64,000 nucleotides of DNA from Bdellovibrionia bacterium (GCA_030427805.1 JAUICP010000006.1:138364-202363); one strand, 5' to 3'; shown: positions 8,906 through 18,431, counted from the stretch's first letter. The notes: generated by a model from the letters alone, not told the origin. Numbers and translations: made by a program.

Positions 8906-10840
8906 ATGCAGAAAAAGGATATAAATCTTGTAATTCTAGAAGATGATCAGGGCTTGGGAAAGTCTCTTAAACAAGCTTTGCAAAGAGCCGGCTATACCGC
9001 TGAACACATCGCCCGTCCCACCGAGCTGAACAAGTATCTGGAGATGAATCAGGTGCACGGCTTTCTCATCGATTGCATGCTCCCCAAAAAGAACGGGGTT
9101 GCCATTGCCGAAGAATTACGCAAAAGAGATTGGGAAGTGGAACCCGTCATTTTTCTGACTTCTGGAATTTACAAAGACAAGAATTTCGCAAAGACCTCTA
9201 CGAAAAAAGTGAAGGCTTTAGACTTTCTAGTTAAACCCGTTCAAGTTTCAACAGTGGTCAAAAAATTTGACGAAGCCTTTGGCGATGTCATCGATGAACC
9301 GACGTCTCCCCTCTATGAGATTTTCTCGAAAGAAACGGTTTCGAGTCGGCAAAAAATTAAAGCGATCAACAACTCCGAGGATGTCCACGGTTTTGACCTT
9401 CCTTGGATATTTTCACTCCTTCTCGACAAGAAGATTACGGGATACCTCAACGTGGTACACCCCAATGGAGATGTTACTGGCGTGGCTTTCAACGGTGGTA
9501 ATATCGTACAAGTGAACTTAAAAGACACTAAGTCCTATTTTGGTCTTCTCCTTGTCGAAAAAGGATTCATCAGCTCAGAGGACCTCGACATGGTTCTCAA
9601 GCAAACAGAAAATAAGAAATTAATTGGGCAGAAGCTCGTCGAAGCGAACGTCCTCAGCCCCCATGCCATTGATATTGTTATTTCTGAACAGCTCGGAATT
9701 CGTCTCAGTAAAATCGTTAATAATACGTCTGTGAACGTCAATTTTAACAAATCCGACGACGTCACGATTGAAGCCGGTTTCGACGTTCAATCTCTCAATG
9801 AGCTGACTGAAACCTGGGTGAATTCAAAGATGAGTAACGACTGGCTAAAGAGCCTTTACTTTCCATGGGTTCACAACTTAATTCGCAAGGGCCCTAACTT
9901 TGCCACTAATCACAAAGTTTTAAATTTACCGACCCTTGCTCGATTCCCAGACCTGCTCGATGATCTAACGAGTGGTGCAAACCTCGAAAAACTTCTCGAT
10001 GGGGACAAATATGAAGAGCGCGCTTTTTATCAAGCCCTCCACCTCTTAGTCCTTAATCGATTGATTCTCTTTGATCCCGCGGTTAAAAACCTTGATTACG
10101 GAGCCCATAAAAAGCGACTCCTTAAAATTCAAGGTGAACTCGACGACAAAAATTACTTTGAACGTCTCGGGGTTTCGAATGCCGCAAAAGACATTGAAAT
10201 TAAACGGGCCTATCACGATCTCGCAAAGACTCTACACCCCGATAAGCTCGACCCGATGACTCCCGAAGATATTACAGCTCTTTCAAGAGTTGTTTTTGAA
10301 AAAATTCAAATTGCCTATGACACTTTGAAAAACAAGGTGTCGCGAGATGCCTACATTAGGGACCTTGAACAAGGTAAAGCCGAAGCCGTTCTCAAGGCGG
10401 AATCTCTTACTGAACGAGGAAAGACTTTCCTCAAAAAGGGAGAGATTGCCCAAGCTAGAGAATTTTTTGACGAAGCCATTAAACTGGCCCCTCCGAGTTC
10501 TGAACTTCGACTCCTCGCGCTTTGGGCCGCAGTTAAATCTCCTGGCGACAAAAAGCCCACGGCTGACGAACTGAAAAAAGACCTCAATGAAATCCCACCA
10601 GAGGATCGTCACAACTCTACTTACTACTTTGTAAAGGGTTTGATTCAGAAAATGGCCCATCAAAGAGATGAAGCTATGAAGAGCTTTCAACACGCCCTTC
10701 ATATTGATTCCAGCTTTATTAATGCTCGACGGGAACTTAACTTTCTCAAGTCAGAAGCGCAGCAGAAAAATAAATCTGTTGATATTTTTAAGAGCGATCT
10801 CAAAGACGTCGTCGGAATGCTCTTCCGCAGAAAGAAATAA
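8906..10840 (+). CDS. multidomain response regulator: receiver - DUF4388-like - J-domain (HPD) - TPR
   Basis: The receiver has an intact acidic pocket (LEDD), an acceptor Asp (FLIDCMLP), T/S (FLTSG) and Lys (FLVKP). A DUF4388-like block follows (FDLPWIFSLLLDKKITGYLNVVHPNGDVTGVAFNGGNIVQV). The J-domain is NYFERLGVSNAAKDIEIKRAYHDLAKTLHPDK. The C-terminus has TPR-like helices. Confidence 0.85.
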   Translation: MQKKDINLVILEDDQGLGKSLKQALQRAGYTAEHIARPTELNKYLEMNQVHGFLIDCMLPKKNGVAIAEELRKRDWEVEPVIFLTSGIYKDKNFAKTSTKKVKALDFLVKPVQVSTVVKKFDEAFGDVIDEPTSPLYEIFSKETVSSRQKIKAINNSEDVHGFDLPWIFSLLLDKKITGYLNVVHPNGDVTGVAFNGGNIVQVNLKDTKSYFGLLLVEKGFISSEDLDMVLKQTENKKLIGQKLVEANVLSPHAIDIVISEQLGIRLSKIVNNTSVNVNFNKSDDVTIEAGFDVQSLNELTETWVNSKMSNDWLKSLYFPWVHNLIRKGPNFATNHKVLNLPTLARFPDLLDDLTSGANLEKLLDGDKYEERAFYQALHLLVLNRLILFDPAVKNLDYGAHKKRLLKIQGELDDKNYFERLGVSNAAKDIEIKRAYHDLAKTLHPDKLDPMTPEDITALSRVVFEKIQIAYDTLKNKVSRDAYIRDLEQGKAEAVLKAESLTERGKTFLKKGEIAQAREFFDEAIKLAPPSSELRLLALWAAVKSPGDKKPTADELKKDLNEIPPEDRHNSTYYFVKGLIQKMAHQRDEAMKSFQHALHIDSSFINARRELNFLKSEAQQKNKSVDIFKSDLKDVVGMLFRRKK

Positions 10841-10844
10841 GGTC

Positions 10845-11558
10845 CTACTTTTTGAAAAGAGCTTTTAGAAACTTTTCAGTTTCCTCGAGGCGAACTTCCT
10901 CGTCGGGGTCATCTTCAAATTTTTGTGCCGCAAGCTCTTTCTGAAACTGGCGCATGGTTTCAGGAGGAAGTGTTTTATGGGTGTCTACTGGAGCCTGATG
11001 ACTGAGAAATTCTTTATAGGATTTTTCCCTCTCCGTCAGTGGAGCCTGCCCTTCACTTTGTCCCTTGAGGTGTTGAATACCCTCTTTGTCTTCTTTGTGA
11101 TGAATGATGTTCACGTCTTTTTCACTGGCCTCTTTGGCTACCTGACTCTCACGGGCCGAGACCATTTTTTGATACTTATTAATGAGCTTTTCTTCGTCCA
11201 TCTCTCCGATGACCGAAATAATGTGGATGAGCTTTCCCGGGTCTACTGGCGATTCAATAAAAGCAGAAACGAGGCCATCGAGCTCCATCATCGACTCGGT
11301 CGGCTTTCCCGAGTAAAGATAGATAATATTGGGCGACGATTCGCCGTGCTTTTTGAGGATATCTTTACAAATCTCAACAGCTGGAATCTGTTTCGACTTA
11401 CCGCTGATAAATAAAATATTGGGATTAAACGAGAGGAGCTCCCCCTCCAATTTAGAGGCCTTTTGAATGCCCACGACGTCAAAACCAATCTTTCGCAGAA
11501 AGGTTTCGATAAATACCATCTCATTATACTCTTCGATTAAAATCAGAATCCGACGCAT
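10845..11558 (-). CDS. pseudo-receiver domain protein (degenerate CheY-like fold) with an acidic/helical C-terminal half
   Basis: MRRILILIEEYNE...NILFISGKS...IIYLYSG...AFIESPVDP follows the receiver beta-alpha pattern. Ser replaces the phospho-acceptor Asp, and Ser replaces the conserved Lys. Confidence 0.7.
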   Translation of the reverse strand: MRRILILIEEYNEMVFIETFLRKIGFDVVGIQKASKLEGELLSFNPNILFISGKSKQIPAVEICKDILKKHGESSPNIIYLYSGKPTESMMELDGLVSAFIESPVDPGKLIHIISVIGEMDEEKLINKYQKMVSARESQVAKEASEKDVNIIHHKEDKEGIQHLKGQSEGQAPLTEREKSYKEFLSHQAPVDTHKTLPPETMRQFQKELAAQKFEDDPDEEVRLEETEKFLKALFKK

Positions 11559-11584
11559 ATAATAATTCTCGCCCTTGGATCTGA

Positions 11585-11639
11585 GGGGGTCAATACACAG
11601 CTTTGCTACGCATCCATATTAAAGCTTAAGTTGACCCCC
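11585..11639. promoter_or_regulatory. 9-bp inverted repeat GGGGGTCAA-N37-TTGACCCCC in a divergent promoter region
   Basis: Perfect 9-bp arms at 11585..11593 and 11631..11639. The right arm supplies TTGACC. A 17-nt spacer follows, then TAATAC (11654..11659), about 10 nt before the ATG at 11669, which has no SD. Confidence 0.3.
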
Positions 11640-11668
11640 CATGACGCCCTTGGTAATACATCAATATT

Positions 11669-12538
11669 ATGAAAGTTAGTGGTTTTACAGTTATTCGAAA
11701 TGCGGAATTGATGGGCTATCCCGTCATTCCATCGATCAAAAGCATCCTTCCCATTGTCGACGAATTTGTTATTGGAGTGGGCCAAAGTGATGACAATACC
11801 AAGGCCCTTATCGAGGGAATCGGCGACCCCAAGATTAAGGTTTTTGACAGCTTTTGGGATACATCAAAAACTAAGGGCGGTCTGATACTCTCAGAAAAAA
11901 CCAATGAGGCCCTCGACCACTGTAGCAATGATTGGTGTTTTTACTTACAGGCTGACGAAGTCATCCACGAACAAGACTTGGCGAGAATTCACTCTGCCAT
12001 GGAAAAGTACGAGAACGACGATTCGATTCAGGGACTTCTATTTCATTACACCCACTTTTATGGCAGCTACTCCGTAGTCGCCCAGTCGAGAAAGTGGTAC
12101 CGCAATGAAATTCGAGTCATTAAGAAATCCAGTGGGGCTCGAAGCCACGGTGACGCCCAAGGGTTTCGAATTCCCCCTGATAATCAAAAATTAAAAGTGG
12201 CCCATTGTAGAGCCCAGGTTTATCATTATGGCTGGGTGAAACCACCGCAGAAAATGGGGCAAAAGAAAAAACTTTTGGATCGATGGTGGCACGGAAATAA
12301 AAAAGATAACGAAAATGATCAATTTGATTTTGATCGGCAATATGGATTGAGAGAATTTAAGGGGAGTCATCCCGCAATTATGAAAGATTTGATTGCTCAA
12401 CAAGACTGGAAATTTGACTACCACAGAAGTATCAGCGACATGACATTAAAAGACCTCAACCTCATGGCCAGTGATCTTTTCGAAACTATATTTAACTATC
12501 GAATTGGTGAATACAAACCCTACCAATTAATCAAATAG
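11669..12538 (+). CDS. glycosyltransferase family 2-like protein
   Basis: The N-terminus FTVIRNAELMGYPVIPSIKSILPIVDEFVIGVGQSDDNT and a later DxD-like YLQADEV match the GT-A/GT2 pattern as I recall it. It lies upstream of kdsA and the Lpt permease. Confidence 0.6.
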   Translation: MKVSGFTVIRNAELMGYPVIPSIKSILPIVDEFVIGVGQSDDNTKALIEGIGDPKIKVFDSFWDTSKTKGGLILSEKTNEALDHCSNDWCFYLQADEVIHEQDLARIHSAMEKYENDDSIQGLLFHYTHFYGSYSVVAQSRKWYRNEIRVIKKSSGARSHGDAQGFRIPPDNQKLKVAHCRAQVYHYGWVKPPQKMGQKKKLLDRWWHGNKKDNENDQFDFDRQYGLREFKGSHPAIMKDLIAQQDWKFDYHRSISDMTLKDLNLMASDLFETIFNYRIGEYKPYQLIK

Positions 12539-12550
12539 AAAGAAGAGCTT

Positions 12551-13453
12551 ATGGAAAAGAAGCGTACAGAAACCATACAAATTCCTGATAGAAAATTCGT
12601 TGTAAAAACAGATCGCTCCGAGGTCCGAATCGGACGCAACGAAAAACTCGCCGTGATTTCTGGCCCGTGTGTTATCGACAGTAAAGAACTCATCATGGAA
12701 ACCGCTAGACGCCTTGTCGATATTTGCGAACGCCTCGACGTGCAGCTTATTTTTAAAAGCTCATTTGAAAAGGACAATCGAGGTAGTGAAAGAAATTGGA
12801 CAGGCCCTATGTGGAAAGAAGGTTTAGAAATTCTTGCCAATGTTAGAAAAGAGTTCGGGGTTCCCGTACTTTCAGACATCCATCGAACTGAAAACCTCAA
12901 TGAGATTGCCGACCATTTAGACGTCCTACAGATACCAGCCTATATGTGTCAGCAAACCTCTCTACTCCTAGCCGCTGGAGAAACCGGACGACCTATTAAT
13001 GTTAAAAAAGGACAATTCCTGGCTCCGGAAAACATGGCAGGAGCGGTCTCGAAAATTTCGAGCACCGGAAATAAAAACATATTACTCACTGAACGAGGGA
13101 CCTGCTTTGGTTATAATCGCCTGCTCGCGGACATGAGATCCATACCAATTATGCAGCAACTAGGAGCTCCCGTTTGTTTTGATGCAACTCACGTTGTTCG
13201 ACTCTATGGAATATCCAGCGCTGACCCCGCCGGTGGCGAACCTAAATACGTTCCACACCTTACTTTAGCGGCTATGGCAGCTGGAGCCGACTCTCTCTTT
13301 ATAGAGACCCACCCTCGCCCTATGGAAGCCAAGTGCGATGCTGCTTCACAACTGAACCTCGATCACTACGAGAATTTAATTAAAATGTCTCTAGAGGTAA
13401 GAAAGGCCGTTAAATCTGCAGAAAACATAGGCATGATTAATCCGGATTTATAG
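12551..13453 (+). CDS. kdsA: 3-deoxy-8-phosphooctulonate (KDO-8-P) synthase
   Basis: It aligns along its whole length to the KdsA pattern: VISGPCVIDS, IFKSSFEKDNRGS, DVLQIPAYMCQQT, INVKKGQF, CFDATH, LFIETHP...AKCD. Confidence 0.93.
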   Translation: MEKKRTETIQIPDRKFVVKTDRSEVRIGRNEKLAVISGPCVIDSKELIMETARRLVDICERLDVQLIFKSSFEKDNRGSERNWTGPMWKEGLEILANVRKEFGVPVLSDIHRTENLNEIADHLDVLQIPAYMCQQTSLLLAAGETGRPINVKKGQFLAPENMAGAVSKISSTGNKNILLTERGTCFGYNRLLADMRSIPIMQQLGAPVCFDATHVVRLYGISSADPAGGEPKYVPHLTLAAMAAGADSLFIETHPRPMEAKCDAASQLNLDHYENLIKMSLEVRKAVKSAENIGMINPDL

Positions 13454-13456
13454 ATC

Positions 13457-14566
13457 TTGGAGCTCTTTCGGTCGCGACTCCTCATTCGATATCTTATTAC
13501 TGAAATGATCCCGAGCTTTCTCATTGGGGTCATTTCTTTTGTTTCGATATTGTTGATGTTTCAAGCCCTGCGCCTCACCGAGTTTGTTCTCATTCACGGA
13601 GTGGAAATCGAAACCATCGGCCGCATCATGATGTATCTTTCGATTAGCTTCCTTCCCGTCATCTTTCCTATGAGCCTCATTTTTACGGTCTTACTCACCT
13701 ATAGTCGCCTGAGTGCCGACTCAGAGATCGTCGCCATGAGAAGCTCCGGGATTAGTATGGCTTCAATACTTTCTCCGGCGGTGCTCTTTTCTGTTGCTGT
13801 GGCGATCCTAAGCGCCCAAACTTCTTTTCAGTTGGCTCCCTGGGGAAATAGAAAATTTGAAGTCCTCATCAATAAGCTCGCTAATGCGAAGGCCAGTGTA
13901 GCAATAAAGGAAGGGACCTTTTCTGAAGGTTTTTTTGATCTAGTCATATACGCCAATGAAGTGGACAACGAAAAAGGGCTACTCAAGGACGTTTTTATCT
14001 ATGACGAGAGGGACCCAAATGTTCCTTTAACCATCATTGCTCAATCGGGCCTTATGTCACAGAAAGAATCGGACGAGTATCAGTCGGCCCAAATCAAGCT
14101 TCTAAAAGGTAACCTTCATCGAATCGCTAAGGGTCGGCACACTAAATTGAACTTTGATGAATACGACATTTTACTTTCAACCCCTATAAAACAAAACGTC
14201 AGATCTAAATCAATGCCCTCACTCACTTTCGACGAACTCAATCAGCTCATGAGGGACAAAAAAATTGAAGAAAAAAAACGACGTAAAGTCGTTGCCGAAT
14301 ACCACAAGCGATGGGCCTTAGCCTTTGCCTGCATTCTTTTTGCATTGGTGGGTGTCGGTTTGGGAGTGCGAAAAAATCGCCGCTCGGCCCGCTCCAATGG
14401 AATCGTCCTCTCTCTCGTCGTCATCGTCGGGTATTGGGTCATTTATGTCTCCAGTGAATCCCTGGTCCGCGGTGGCGCAAGCTTTCCTCCAGGACTCGCT
14501 ATGTGGATCGCAAACTTTCTTTTTATTATAGCTTCATTCTTCTCTTTGAAGAGAGTTTGGAATTAG
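13457..14566 (+). CDS. LPS export ABC permease, LptF/LptG (YjgP/YjgQ) family
   Basis: TTG start. The N-terminus LLIRYLITEMIPSFLIGVISFVSILLMFQALRL is typical. The layout is 3 TM, a periplasmic beta-jellyroll region, then 3 TM. It is adjacent to kdsA. Confidence 0.8.
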   Translation: MELFRSRLLIRYLITEMIPSFLIGVISFVSILLMFQALRLTEFVLIHGVEIETIGRIMMYLSISFLPVIFPMSLIFTVLLTYSRLSADSEIVAMRSSGISMASILSPAVLFSVAVAILSAQTSFQLAPWGNRKFEVLINKLANAKASVAIKEGTFSEGFFDLVIYANEVDNEKGLLKDVFIYDERDPNVPLTIIAQSGLMSQKESDEYQSAQIKLLKGNLHRIAKGRHTKLNFDEYDILLSTPIKQNVRSKSMPSLTFDELNQLMRDKKIEEKKRRKVVAEYHKRWALAFACILFALVGVGLGVRKNRRSARSNGIVLSLVVIVGYWVIYVSSESLVRGGASFPPGLAMWIANFLFIIASFFSLKRVWN

Positions 14567-14582
14567 CACCCCCACTCTGACT

Positions 14583-15287
14583 CTATTTCGTTGACGGCGG
14601 TGCTTTATCGCAAATTTCTAAAAGTTGGCGAAGATCCTCACACTCCCTTATAAGTTGTGCTCCTTCAAAAAGAAGTTTTAGATTTCCGGCAAATTGAGGG
14701 GAATCTGGAAAACTCGGCAAGCAGGCAATGGTTTTTCCGTGCTTCATCGCCCATCCGGCTGACATATAGGATCCACTGGGAAGTCCCGCTTGAATGAGCA
14801 AAAGAAGTTCTGAACTTGCAGCTATTAATCGGTTTCTCATAAAAAAGTGATACTTCTTCATTTCTTCGTCGGGAGGAAATTCACTAATTAAACAACCTCC
14901 ACGCTGTAGGATTTTTTCGTAAATTTCTATGGAAGATTTCGGATAAGGCTGTCTAATTCCAGAGGGCAGAAAGGCCACAGTTGGGCACGATTGATCCATG
15001 GACAACTGGTGAACATAAGAATCAACACCTCGGGCACCGCCACTGATACTGACAAGGGAGTTATCGATGAATAGCTCTGTAAGGTGAACTCTCATCCAAT
15101 GAATGGATTGCGGCGTCGGATTACGACTCCCTACAATTGAAATTCGTTTTTTCTGCAAAAGACTGAGATCGCCTAAAAAATAGAGCTCTTGAGGTGGAGA
15201 GACCATAGCCTTGAACCCAGGAGGCATTCGCTCATCGTCTTCGTCGATTCGATTTATTTCTTTATAAAGACTCTGAAGGTATTCCAT
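14583..15287 (-). CDS. dprA: DNA-processing protein DprA/Smf (short form)
   Basis: Rossmann-like DprA core: ISIVGSRNPT...VSISGGARGVDSYVHQ...TVAFLPSGI...YPKSS...GCLISEFPP. Confidence 0.85.
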   Translation of the reverse strand: MEYLQSLYKEINRIDEDDERMPPGFKAMVSPPQELYFLGDLSLLQKKRISIVGSRNPTPQSIHWMRVHLTELFIDNSLVSISGGARGVDSYVHQLSMDQSCPTVAFLPSGIRQPYPKSSIEIYEKILQRGGCLISEFPPDEEMKKYHFFMRNRLIAASSELLLLIQAGLPSGSYMSAGWAMKHGKTIACLPSFPDSPQFAGNLKLLFEGAQLIRECEDLRQLLEICDKAPPSTK

Positions 15288-15302
15288 GGTTCAGAAACTT
15301 GC

Positions 15303-15337
15303 AAAAAAAAGCCCCTCGTCTGGACTCATTGAGGGGC
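15303..15337 (-). terminator. intrinsic terminator of the LysM gene
   Basis: The minus strand reads GCCCCTC-N13-GAGGGGC followed by TTTTTTTT, 63 nt after the stop at 15400. Confidence 0.7.
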
Positions 15338-15399
15338 TATTGATTCTTTTTTGTACGCCTTTTTAACCCAATATCGAATCTGGGATGGCTCCTATACAC

Positions 15400-17406
15400 C
15401 TATAGGTCGTCATCCTCATCTTCGTCATCTTCGTCATCGAGATCTTCGTCTTCTTCATCTCCATCAGTGAAAAATTCCGAACTCAATCCCGCTGATGCCG
15501 AATCACTTTCTAGGTCTTCTTCGTCATCAAGCTCTTCCGGATCCTCGAGTAGTCTAAACTGATCGGGAGTCACCTCTTTAAAGTTATCGCTATCATCTTC
15601 CGGAACGTAAACGTCTAAATCTTTTCTTAAAACAGTTAATCCAGTTCGATCGCCAGGACGTATATCGTCAAAAGATTTAACAACAAGGGCCGTCGAAACA
15701 TCATTATAAACTTTAACAATCTTCAACAAAGCACTGTAGTCTGGGGCCTGAAGAATCACTGGATTTTTAAGTCTCTTCGTTCGATCTGCAGAAACCGCTA
15801 ATATGTCCCCCACCTGAAGACCTTGGCCCGCACCTCGATCTAAATAAACAATCCCACCAATTCCAAAGAGCTCACGCTTTTTATTAAACTGACCACCGAT
15901 AATTGAGGCCACGATATTTTTTGGAGTACCCTCAACGTTAAAAGTAAAACGTGGAAGGTTTTCATTGATCAGACTGGAACCAACCCAAACTTGATTGACC
16001 GCATTTGTAACTATGGCCCTATAGTATCCAGAACCTTGATCGATTACATCCGTGATCGTAACTTCCCCTTGGACCTCTATAATCTGACCAAGAATTCCCG
16101 TCTCATCCGAAAGAATTTCTTTTTTCTGTATGACTGTAAAACGCTCACCAATCCGGGCCGGTTGATCAACGCGAAGGTAAGTATATTGGTAATTTGATAC
16201 AACTTCGTTGGCCGCTTGGTTTTCGACAACCTGACCCACTTCGGGTAATTGCGAATCAGTAATGAAGTTGGCTAATGTAATCACTGGCTCTTTATAAAGC
16301 GCTGGGCGATCTCCTACTGCAAAACCTAACTCGTCAAATTCGGACTTAATCAATTCACTTCGTTTTACCAATGAAGGTGGGAACTTCTTTAGAACATCTG
16401 ATTTCTTTTTAATAGGCTCAGGAATTTTAGGTGCCCCCGGAAGAAGAAACGTCGGAGTCTTTTTTACGAACCTCTGAATATTTGGAACATTATCAGCATA
16501 CTTTGGAGCTGGCGGCTCGAGTGTTTCTTCTGGAAGTTCTACAGCTAAATCTTCAGGTTCTGGCGAAACTTCTTCTTCGACCTCTGCCGGCTCGACTTCA
16601 TAGGATTGGTCAGTATCGATTGCGATCGACGAATCCGCCCCATCGGCAACTTGAGTGATTTCCAACTGAGGTCCCATCTCGGTTGTTCCGCCGACAAAGT
16701 TAAGGCGGTCACCCTTGTTAATAAGGTGAGGATTTGTAATTCGACCATTGACTGCCCAAAGTTTCGACCAGAAAAACCCATCACCAAAAAAGATTTGCGA
16801 AATTTCCCAAAGGGTATCTCCCGATTGAACTTCGTAATCATTGGCGCCCAAAGATCCGAACTCTTTTTCCCATTCCTCATCGGTAATGGGACTACTTTGG
16901 TAATTGAGATAAATTTTGTGCAGTCGTTCCTCGAGAGCCACATCGCGAAAGTTGTCGAACTGAGGTTCAGAAAATGCGTCTTCAACCAGCTCTTGATCTA
17001 ATTCAATTTCGCTCTCTTCTTGAGAGATTTCTTCTTCGCCTTCTTCAATAAAGATGTCGTCAGCCAATTCGTCGAGCTCACCATCCTCTTCCAAATCCTC
17101 ATCGGTAATCTCTTCATCTTCTAGAACTTCACCGGCGAAAATATCGTCTTCTGTTCCATCGGCTTCGGTGACTTCCTCTCCATCTTCATCGCTATCGTCG
17201 TCTTCGTCACCATCAACAATCTCTTCATCTTCTTCGCCCTCGTCATCATCATCTTCATCACTATCATCGTCTTCGTCGAGTTGAGCGATCAAAAAGGGAG
17301 ATTTAAAACTAGAGGGATTCTTAACTTGAGCCACAGCTCTTTCGCCAAGAAAATCTCCACCTAACAATAAAGTTAGTATGAAAAAAAGAAATAAAAGAAG
17401 TTTCAT
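15400..17406 (-). CDS. secreted LysM-domain protein with hyperacidic N- and C-terminal tracts
   Basis: Signal peptide MKLLLFLFFILTLLLG. LysM domain YEVQSGDTLWEISQIFFGDGFFWSKLWAVNGRITNPHLINKGDRLNF. D/E tracts occur near both ends (DEDDDSDEDDDDEGEEDEE...; ...DEEDEDLDDEDDEDEDDDL). Confidence 0.85.
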   Translation of the reverse strand: MKLLLFLFFILTLLLGGDFLGERAVAQVKNPSSFKSPFLIAQLDEDDDSDEDDDDEGEEDEEIVDGDEDDDSDEDGEEVTEADGTEDDIFAGEVLEDEEITDEDLEEDGELDELADDIFIEEGEEEISQEESEIELDQELVEDAFSEPQFDNFRDVALEERLHKIYLNYQSSPITDEEWEKEFGSLGANDYEVQSGDTLWEISQIFFGDGFFWSKLWAVNGRITNPHLINKGDRLNFVGGTTEMGPQLEITQVADGADSSIAIDTDQSYEVEPAEVEEEVSPEPEDLAVELPEETLEPPAPKYADNVPNIQRFVKKTPTFLLPGAPKIPEPIKKKSDVLKKFPPSLVKRSELIKSEFDELGFAVGDRPALYKEPVITLANFITDSQLPEVGQVVENQAANEVVSNYQYTYLRVDQPARIGERFTVIQKKEILSDETGILGQIIEVQGEVTITDVIDQGSGYYRAIVTNAVNQVWVGSSLINENLPRFTFNVEGTPKNIVASIIGGQFNKKRELFGIGGIVYLDRGAGQGLQVGDILAVSADRTKRLKNPVILQAPDYSALLKIVKVYNDVSTALVVKSFDDIRPGDRTGLTVLRKDLDVYVPEDDSDNFKEVTPDQFRLLEDPEELDDEEDLESDSASAGLSSEFFTDGDEEDEDLDDEDDEDEDDDL

Positions 17407-17410
17407 CTAA

Positions 17411-18055
17411 TTACCTCTGAAGATTATTTCCAAGGTGGTCTAAAAGTTTTAACTCTGCTTTAGCTGACTGTGCCTCAGGACTTTTTGGATAATCACGAAT
17501 AAGCTCTGTGAGTAAGACCCGCGCCTGTTCAGCTAGAGACATTTGATAATATATTTTGGACTTTGCCAGCTTCACTGAAGGAATTTTACCACTCTGAGGA
17601 TAATCGGCTTCAAGAGTTCTAAAATATTTGAGGGCCTCGGCAAACTCTCGAAGCTGCAAAGACATATCACCCATCATGAAGAGGGCTTTGTCCTTATATA
17701 TAGTCTGCGGAAAAGCTCGCATTAGATCCCGATAGGCCCGGATCATTGTCGCTTTGTCTTTGCGAACATAGGCTAAGCTCAACTCTTCAAATTGTTGTTT
17801 TTCAGAAAGCTGGTTCTTAACGACGGTTCTCGTAATATCGGATCCCGTTCTAGCGGCTGGCCTTCTTTTTAATTCCCTAAGACTTTGCTTGAGGACTCTA
17901 TTTTCATTTTTTAAGCGCTGGAGTTCCTTTTGCTTGATCAACAAAAGGCTTTCTAATGCCCGTCCGGGCTTAGACTTTGGGCTTTCTTTGGGTGGCTGCG
18001 TAACACAGGCACTGAGAAAACTACTAATTAATAGTAATAGAAAAATCCGTTTCAT
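17411..18055 (-). CDS. TPR-repeat lipoprotein (YbgF/BamD-like)
   Basis: Canonical lipobox FLSAC. A coiled-coil segment is followed by TPR-like repeats (ALFMMGDMSLQLREFAEALKYFRTLEADYPQS...). I prefer the ATG at 18055 (MKRIFLLL, with GGAG upstream) over the ORF-track start at 18070. Confidence 0.7.
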   Translation of the reverse strand: MKRIFLLLLISSFLSACVTQPPKESPKSKPGRALESLLLIKQKELQRLKNENRVLKQSLRELKRRPAARTGSDITRTVVKNQLSEKQQFEELSLAYVRKDKATMIRAYRDLMRAFPQTIYKDKALFMMGDMSLQLREFAEALKYFRTLEADYPQSGKIPSVKLAKSKIYYQMSLAEQARVLLTELIRDYPKSPEAQSAKAELKLLDHLGNNLQR

Positions 18056-18431
18056 ACTCAAGCACTCCATTGCTTAAGAAGTCCAATATTTAGTTTAGAT
18101 GGATATTAATGATCTGCAACAAGGATTATTCATCGAATCAAAATCCCTGTTTTTGGGCACCAATTTGTTCGTAAATATCCTAATAAATTTCTGACAGAAA
18201 CTTATCCACAATTCCTGTGAATTTTCCACCTCTCTAGACCTTGGACCCATTGTAACACAAGGGCTTCAGCGAATTGCTTAATGATAAAGCACATTTTAAA
18301 TACATGAAATTACTGGATTATTTTAAATTTTTTCATTTTTTTTGGGTTTTTCTGTACGGGAACTTACATCCGAAAATCGAATTTCTAAACTTTTCTGTCA
18401 CGTTTTTCGCGGCCAGACGTTGGAAGGCTAT

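Noticed and set aside
17054-17284. A poly-Ser + strand ORF (76 aa), plus other antisense ORFs inside the LysM gene.
   Set aside because: They are the mirror image of the GAx/GAT-rich acidic codons of the minus-strand gene, a typical low-complexity antisense artefact.
18163-18180. A sigma-54-like string, TTGGGCACCAATTTGTTC, upstream of comEC.
   Set aside because: The -12 element reads TTGT or TGTT rather than TTGC at the correct spacing. Too weak to call.
18202-18230. A perfect DnaA box TTATCCACA, plus TTTTCCACC 11 nt downstream, next to an AT-rich stretch upstream of comEC. This raised the question of oriC.
   Set aside because: There are only one perfect and one degenerate box. No dnaA or dnaN genes are nearby, and gene orientation alternates throughout the window. 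This is insufficient for an origin; at most it is a DnaA-titrating or regulatory site.
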